DNA of 61,300 bases, the filler included, from Basidiobolus ranarum (Eukaryota), in the NCBI GenBank assembly GCA_040143965.1. It is 13 parts of 13 records of this genome, joined end to end, with 100 filler letters (N's around TTAATTAATTAA, not from the genome) between each part and the next. Parts side by side here need not be neighbours in the genome. Positions count along the whole stretch, not along the records: positions 51,990 to 56,597 come from JASJQH010008769.1; positions 56,698 to 61,300 come from JASJQH010008770.1; 11 more parts are not named here. One strand, given 5' to 3'. Each line of letters starts with the position of its first letter. Position 1 is the stretch's first letter. Below, in pieces: positions 53,520 through 61,300 of the stretch. The translations under genes and the position numbers were made by a program. The notes beneath the pieces are model-generated. The model was given only the letters and a program-made list of their open reading frames with translations. It was not told the origin of the DNA and searched no databases.

Positions 53520-53863
53520 GTTTATTGATTGAAAACAAGTATTAATGCTTACATTGAGATTCAAGTAAATTAACAACGTTGGGGTGCTTCTAGGGTATTC
53601 AGAAAGCTGAGGTTGAAGTCTGAGGAGTGTTGAACAAGTGTGAAGACATCTATATTTTCTGAATATTTCTGACATCTGTCAGATATATACAAAATATATG
53701 TGATGATTTTGACTTGTGTAATACTAACTAAATAAATATCAACTATGTAAGCAACATATATCTTAATTCTAACATTTCAGCAAACCTCTCATAGCGCAGC
53801 AATGCTATGAATGGCCACATAATAAGCTAAAGCATCCAAAAGTAGATTATGAACTCTCCAGGA

Positions 53864-54446
53864 TGTGGAAAATTACCTAAATCTCACTATGTTGTTATCC
53901 AATATCTTCATGAGCAACTTACTTAGAATCTTTTTACCAACTTGGAAGCTCTCAGATTATACAATTTCCTCAAACTTTGTACTCTACATGTTAGTTTATC
54001 TACTTCTTGACAAAAGTATAAATAACTTCTAGTTCTCCAAACCACTTCCAATAACTCCCAAAATACTTCAACATGGGAAAGTATCTGCGTTCATTGACAA
54101 TAATTAGAAGAAATAGGTGGAATATCCTTACTGTCTTACTAAATCCTAGAAAAGTACCTATGCCTGTTGATATTCTTCTTCATTTTTAACAATAGTATAT
54201 GCTCCTAGAGCATACAATAATTTAGGGAGTTTTAGATAAATTTGGAAATTTTATTAATTCTTAGAGTTATCCATATTGCAACTTTGATAAGTTGCTTAGT
54301 AAGTGATGTTGCAATTAGCATTGCCTATTTTTCAAAGAAGCCCGAAACGTTGCACACATGTTCCTGGGACCTTCCTTAGCACATTCTACATGTTAGTTTG
54401 TTTACATCTTGATAAAACTATAAATGTCAATTGAATGTGGTTAACA
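53864..54446 (+). repeat. Two deleted LTR-family copies (~53864-54073 and 54307-54446)
   Basis: ...ctcccaaaatacttcaaca end at 54073; tgttgcaattagcattg start and cacatgttcctgggacc core in the second copy. Confidence 0.65.
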
Positions 54447-56764
54447 TCAATATAAATAGGTAGACACTAGGTTCTAATATTTCAACAATCTTGTGGTGCA
54501 ATATAATCAAATCCCAACCAGTTAGCTATATTCCTGAGGTACATAAATGAATATTGTTTGTAACCAACGGAATTACGTAGATGAAGAAAGTAACCAATAT
54601 GATGCTTTGTTCAGAGCAAAAGCAACATTAAATACTCAGATGATAGTTAATACATATGCATACATAATAGGAAAAAGCAGTCAGATGGACAGAATTGAAT
54701 TGCTAATTGAAAGGGTTCAAGTTGCAGGACAAAACTTGAATGATGAGAGATATCTTCTGCATCTTCCACGGGTCAGAAATCTGAATTAATTATTGACATT
54801 ATCAACAGTGGTAACTGGATATATTATGGTACTATAAAAGTAGAGCTAGCACAGTTCTATTGCTACTAAATGAGAATTTAATTCGTGAATATCAGATACA
54901 AAACAATCGAAAGTATGAATCTCAGTAGCTGGGACAACAACTGCAGCTTCAATCTGCCATAGATTAGCAATACCACGACATCCCAACCAAGATTTATCTA
55001 AGATAGACGAGATCTAGCTATCAATGAGAGGTTTGTATTTGTACAATCCTAGCATATGATTTCTAAACACAGTATTCAACCAATCATCGAGCACCATCAA
55101 GTGTGTGCTAGGTAGTCACTGCATCGTCATTCTACATGGACGGACTAAACGTTGCAGATGAGATTGGGATTAGTATTATTACACTGCATCAATAATAAGA
55201 GAGATTGGATTGACATCTGAGGTAGTTTCAGACGAGCAGAGGGAAGAATTTGGTATGATTAGAATAAATATGGATGTATTTAAATCCTGGATGGGCCAAG
55301 ATGTATTCCTCATCAATGTAGTCCTGGCTATCTGTACAAACTCGGAGCCGTTTTTAGAAAACCATAGCTTACTTTGGAAAGAGTTCACAGTATCTTTGGT
55401 ACAATATCCTAGTCAGCCCGCCTTAGAGTATCTTGTTTCAGTAAGGATAGTTGCGGTAATTTAAAGATCTTCTGTGGCCAGTTACTACCAAGCGGTAAGA
55501 ATCAACTAGATCGCCAAGAAGATTGGGATTTCAATCTACATCAAGGTTTTGTTCCCAGGGGATATCTCAATGGTCAAGAGTAGCCTAAAATGCTTCCGAG
55601 GTCTATTGGGTTCCAGAGCATGATGGTTGACATTTCGAAATTCTATGTTACTTAGCTGTCAACAGGATAAGTTTCGTAATACTTGAGGAGGACTCGTAGT
55701 ACAACATACGCTCCAAAGGAACAGCAGTCATCAAGTGGGTGGATGTATGCACAGCATATGATGCATAATAAAGTGTGGGTGTATTGTAGGTTAAACTTGA
55801 TCAATACAACTCTCAAGCCGACAAGAACCAGTAAGCAGTGACAGAAAAGGAAGATGTAGAACCAAATAATCCCAGATCAGATATGCATGGTGATTCAATT
55901 TGACTTCCAAGTTGGATCCATACATTTTGAAATCTATCAAGGGCGAGATCCTTTTGGATTCTCAAACAGCAGGAACAACCGCTAGAATTCATCTTTTTCA
56001 ACTGAATTAACTCACTTCCTATGGATGTAACAAGTTGCTTGCGAGGTAAAGTTGAACTCAGAAATGCCATTTATTTCTTGAACAATTCAATCGACTGCCT
56101 TGAGCTATATTAATTATCATTACAGACCCGAGGTTTGAGAAGCAACTGGTGAAAGAGAATCCACCGAAAGTGTCTGTTATATTCATCAAGGATTCTTTAG
56201 CTACCATCAAACGGAGGGCCGTTGATAACCAACGCTGCGAGTTCTCTAGATAAAGTAATTGATTAGACTAGTCTAATAAATGCTGACACCTGGGAGTGAA
56301 TCTAATCCAACTATTAGATAAATATGTGTAACGAATCACATCTATATTCGGTATTACCCGATAACTTCTATACTATTTAAAGATACCTTGGTCAGGAAAA
56401 GTGCATTGAAGCCCCAGTTACTCGCATCTACCGAATTCCATATCATTGAAATGTCTTCTCGTCTTGCTTGGATTTCTAGCCTCAGTATCGATGTTGAGGC
56501 AACCTCAAAGAGGAGAACTGGTATTAACTGTACCATTGGTACAAAGACTAACAGTGTTGAAACAATAAATCAACTTCGGGACGCGGGCTGAAACATTNNN
56601 NNNNNNNNNNNNNNNNNNNNNNNNNNNNNNNNNNNNNNNNNTTAATTAATTAANNNNNNNNNNNNNNNNNNNNNNNNNNNNNNNNNNNNNNNNNNNNGGT
56701 TTCAAGGTTGGAGAACAGGAATGGAGAGAAGTCTACAGGCAAGTGTAAGTAGTCTGATCAAACT

Positions 56765-57000
56765 GCAACAATAAGGAACTGGAATAGCACTGGAAACAAC
56801 AACATGAGGCTAAAAGGCAGGAGAGTACTTGGGTGTAGACCACAAGACAAGACAAGGCAAGGCTAGACAGAGAATATAGCTTGGACAGAATTTATACTGA
56901 TAACTGGCCTTGATCAAATTGAGATTGTATCAAGGTATATATGGAGCTTATATAAATATTGCATGGTGAAACACAATATATTAAATACCAGCATATTCTT
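56765..57000 (-). repeat. Gypsy-type LTR related to 25666-25900
   Basis: Shared agtacttgggtgtagaccacaag and ggagcttatataaatattgc. Confidence 0.65.
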
Positions 57001-57231
57001 TTGTCAAGGCACCAGGCATTTCTTCAACAGGGAGTTGGACCTTGCATTATGGTTATCATTGCTAGAGAAACTTGTGGTTTTAAAACCCATGACTGACCCA
57101 CTGACATTTACTGATGTATCCATCAGGCAGTTAAATGTGACAACTGGTTGTTTGAAGGACAACAACAAAGAAATATGGCTCCTTTCTTTTCTCCTTCCTC
57201 CTCTACCCCTAACAGAAATTTTAGGATTGTA

Positions 57232-59520
57232 ATTGTAGGAAAACCATCACAATTTTAATTCATTTGGGATTGACCATTTACTTACCTTCAAATCGTCAAG
57301 TTTGATTTGGTTTTAATCAATTTTTTAATTTCAGGAGTGAAATTTCCAGTTCTCACAAAAATGTTGCACATGATTGGCTACAATCCCAGAGAACTATGGA
57401 TCAACACATGTGCAAAAAAGGTAACTTAAACATTACACATTTACCGGTTGAATGCTAATTTGTCACCTTCCAAATTCCAAGTTTCATTGATATACTCTCC
57501 TGAATATTCTTATAGAGTTCTTCATACCCAAAGTTTAGCTCATATCCAACAGGAGTTGGTATGAATATATCCTTCAAAGCCTACTAATGTGTTAACATTG
57601 CCGAATCAACATTCTTTGAGCTATCTGGCAGATACCTGGCAATATTGTGCCACTCTGTATTAAGTGCCTACCAGATATCTGCATGGTTAACACCAGACTA
57701 AATGTGCAGTTGAATGTTAGTTTTTGCAAGTCACTTTCTGCATACTTGCACTGCTTGAAAGAAAAAAAACCGGCAAGAACAGGGGACTTCATTGATGAGC
57801 AGTCTAGCAACTTAATATCTGCTTCAGTAAGCATTAACATACCAGAAACTAACTCAAGTAAATATGAAGCATTGATCAATTTACCAGATATGATCCTTTC
57901 TAGCAATAGTGCAAGTGAAGAGACTGTAATCTCCCAATTATATAGTAAATCAATAGTTGAGCAAAGTTCTACATAAAGACCATCCACTGCAAAAATGGCT
58001 ACTTTACCAGCTATTAAATCAGCCTCCATAGAAAATTTGTATAGAATTACAACAACAAGAGAATCACAGGCAAAACACTGTAATGCTTTGTTTGTGATCA
58101 TAAGTAAAAACTACAAGGTTGCTATACAGGCCATGACAAGCAATAATGCTGCAATATTGCAATTAACACAGCATTTGGCAGCAACTAGTCAATAGTTAGA
58201 GAGTCACACAACAATGATACAAGACCTTCACAATGCTGTTCTTGAGCTGCAGCAACATGCTGCACCCTCTGTCCATTCTCATATGGGATTTCAATCAATC
58301 TCTCAATATATAAATGAATGTCACTGTACCAGTCTACTTTTGTTGATTATGCTTTGGACCATTAAGCCTACACATAAACCCCAAAATTGCTTGAACATAT
58401 AAAAGTAGAAATATCATAGGAAAACCAGCAAACCAAAAGACTCTAAATGTTGTGGCTGCTGTCACTTGCTCCAATGATGAGTGGTTAAATATCTTGGAAA
58501 CTGTGTGGAATCTGGCCCAAAATCACCTCACTTTTAGCTGAGCAAGGAGAAACCAAAATCCAGTCATTACTCTGAAGGTTCTTAACATATTTCATGTGGC
58601 TTATCCTGGGTTTTTGCAAGCACATGACAATTGGGCTTGTATAGGCCTATTTATGAAACATCTCATAAATGTACTCAAACATCAACTTGGAAAAGAAAGA
58701 AAAGAAGCTAAAGAAGCACTCAAAGAGTTGGAGATTAGTTAACTCAAGTGAAAAGCAAAGGAGCTAGTGAGTTTAGGATCAACAGGCCCACTTACCAAGT
58801 TCTTAATACCATTACAAAGATCTTCATTTCCAGAGCTAGATACACTGGCATAAAGCCTAATTTCACCATGGAACCAGGTACACCAGTTAGAAGAGTGCTG
58901 AATTTGGAAATTTATCCAACACCTTGCACCTCTTAACAAGCTAAAACACCAGCCAATAAAACTCATCACTCTTCAACCTCCACTGGTACTCTTCAAAGTG
59001 TTGAAATTAGGCCCAAACTTAAAGGCAAGCAAAATGCTGCACAAACACCGCATAGCTCCCCCAGAAGTGTCACACTACAAGGATATATGAATATAGCCAA
59101 AGTACTTTAAGAGTGTTTTGAAAAATTTGATGGGAAAATGTAGACAAGCATGCAGAAAATGTGGCTTTAGAAGAAGAACATTCAACTTGACAGTCTGTCT
59201 GGTGTTAACCATATTGCTAACTGGGAAGAACTCAATACAGAGTGGCACACTTCTGCAGAGTATCTGCCAGGTAGCTGGAAGAATGTTGATTTAGCAATAT
59301 TAATACCACGCTGGGCTTTGATGCAGATATTGATTCAAACTTTGGTTGGATATGAGCTAAACCTGTGGTATGAAGAACCTTATAAAAATATTCAGGAGAA
59401 TATATCAAAGAAACTAGGAATTTTGACATTGATAAAATCAAATTAAACTTGACAAATTTATGATGGTAGGTAAACAGTCAATCCAAAATGGATTAAAAGG
59501 CTGATGGTTTTCTACAATAT
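57232..59520 (+). repeat. Longest copy of repeat family X (57760-59520) preceded by an inverted copy of its distal part (57232-57755)
   Basis: Matches copies in contigs 1, 6 and 8; 57232-57755 is a reverse complement of ~59140-59520. Confidence 0.8.
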
Positions 59521-59599
59521 TAATACACAAATTGCTGTTGGGGATAACTTCAATGACCAGCTGCAACAATGAGCATGCAGTTGGGACAACCATCATCAA

Positions 59600-61060
59600 A
59601 AATGTTTCTTTGCTATACATTGCAGTCTCTGCGTCATACCTACTATTAAAGCTGCCTATTACACTCTTGTTACCAAATTGCAAGTGGATAAAACCAACTT
59701 CACTTCTTGATTCAGGTGCTTCCTCCTGTTTTATTGACTGTGCCTTTGTCAAATCCCCCTCTAACCAACAATGAAGAAATCTAGTCCAGTCCTTGTAGAA
59801 GTTATTGATGGAAAACTGCTATTACTGGGTGCTGTAACACATGAGAACATCTTTATGACACTCATATCCACTACTCATCAAGAAGAAATAGCATGTGCTA
59901 TCATTTCTTCACCTCATCACCCCGTCATTCTTGGTATCTCGTGGCTCATGCAGCACAACCCAGTAATTAACTTGCAGATAAGATTATCACGTTCAAGCAA
60001 GCTTCACCTCCTAGTCCATGTTTGCCAACCTGCTAAGTATCTAAATCTTCATCAGCCTAAATCCTCAAAGCATCTATAAAGCCAGTATTGATTGAAAGTG
60101 TGGCTGAAGAGCTGCAAACAATAAAACCTATAGTTCTTAAGCTTCACTCAAATACTTAGCCTTTGCTGATGTCTTTACAATAAGAAGTACCACATTCTAC
60201 CAGCTCACTGCTGATAGGATTGCCCCATGGATCTACAAGAAGGAATACAACCACCATTTGGGCATATCAATGGGCTGACCCAGCTAGAACTCAGCATTCC
60301 AAGTGATTATATTGTAGAAAATCTGGATATAGGCTTTATCCAACATTTTAAGTCTGCATCAGGCTCTCCATTCTTATTTGTCAAGAAAAAGAATGGATCT
60401 CTCCATCTCTGTGTTGATTATTGAAGCCCAAATAGTATTGCAGACAAGAATTGGTACCCCTTGCCATTAATCAACCCATTCTTGTAGGTGCTTGCTATAG
60501 CTAAGGTATTTACGATATTTGATTTAAGATTTGACCACAATATTGTAAGAACCAGACTGGGGGACCAATGCAAAACTGCCTTTTGAACAGGCTATGGATA
60601 CTTTCAATACAATGTCATACCATTTGGACTTACCAATGCCACTGCTGTCTTTCAACACATGTTGAATGATATCTTCAGTCAGTATCTTGACCAGTTTGTG
60701 GTAATCTATCATGACAATATCTTGGTCTTCTCAAACTCTCAAGAAGAACTTGTTATTCATGATTCCCAAGTCCTGGAAAAGTTTGAAACCTCTGGTCTCT
60801 ATACTAAACTTGAGAAATGTGACTCTGCCCAAGCTCAATTTGAATTCCTTGGATATAACATCAGTCCATCCGGCATCTTCTCAGACCCTACAAAGGTTGA
60901 ATATGTTTTCTCTTGATATACTCCTAAGAGTATGTAAGATGTAAATCTTTCTTTGGATTCGCAAATTCTTACCAACAGTGTGTCAGAAACATCTCCAAAA
61001 TATCTGCTCCATTAACAAACCTTACCAAGAGCAAGCTCCCATTTGACTGGAACCCATATT
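59600..61060 (+). pseudogene. Degenerate Ty3/gypsy (Tf2-like) pol: protease and reverse transcriptase
   Basis: LLDSGASSCFID, HPVILGISWL, SGSPFLFVKKKNGSLHLCVDY, PFGLTNA, VVIYHDNILVFS (decayed YLDD), EFLGYNIS; stops and frameshifts. Confidence 0.92.
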
Positions 61061-61300
61061 GCTGATAAAAGTGTTTAGGGGATTTGGAAGTGTTTTGGAC
61101 AAGATTTGGATTTGTGAATCAGACACTTAAGTCTTATTGAATTGAATATGTCCTATTTATAGTTTACTATGAGATCCGACTATTGGACGTGCTTAGATCA
61201 TAACAAATATGCCTGTTAAGCATGGGTGAAAATTTGAGGTGATTTGGAGAAGTTTTGAGAAAATAGTGAAAATTGGTAAAAGTGATCTAATTGATATTTC

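Noticed and set aside
61063-61300. Possible further diverged LTR copies at the window end
   Set aside because: Only loose resemblance to the LTR family and truncated; boundaries cannot be supported.

Overview
This window is not one locus. It is 13 unlinked eukaryotic contigs of about 4.6 kb each, sorted by decreasing length and joined by 100-nt linkers (N44-TTAATTAATTAA-N44). Short GT-AG introns and the gene content point to an early-diverging fungus (Zoopagomycota/Mucoromycota-like; inference). Recognisable host genes: class-3 lipase, an intronless bacterial-type GH46 chitosanase, a rhodanese, an NDT1-like mitochondrial carrier, RPC19/AC19, an alpha-arrestin, and partial asparagine synthetase, P2C Na+/K+-ATPase-like pump, PILS/ECM3-like transporter, SMC3, VIP36-like lectin and aldo-keto reductase. 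Two orphan extracellular-looking proteins are also present. Much of the remainder is nested, heavily CpG-depleted transposon debris: a CACTA/CMC element with a CCCTA end, Ty1/copia elements with half-tRNA primer sites and a prolific ~340-bp solo-LTR family (several copies with 5-bp TSDs), Ty3/gypsy chromovirus remnants, and an unclassified ~2-kb repeat. The most unusual signal is a short TGTTGAAA...TTTCAACA LTR-like unit carrying a tRNA-derived Pol III promoter, seen twice and each time inserted in another TE. All homology calls are by motif recognition only; no searches were run.
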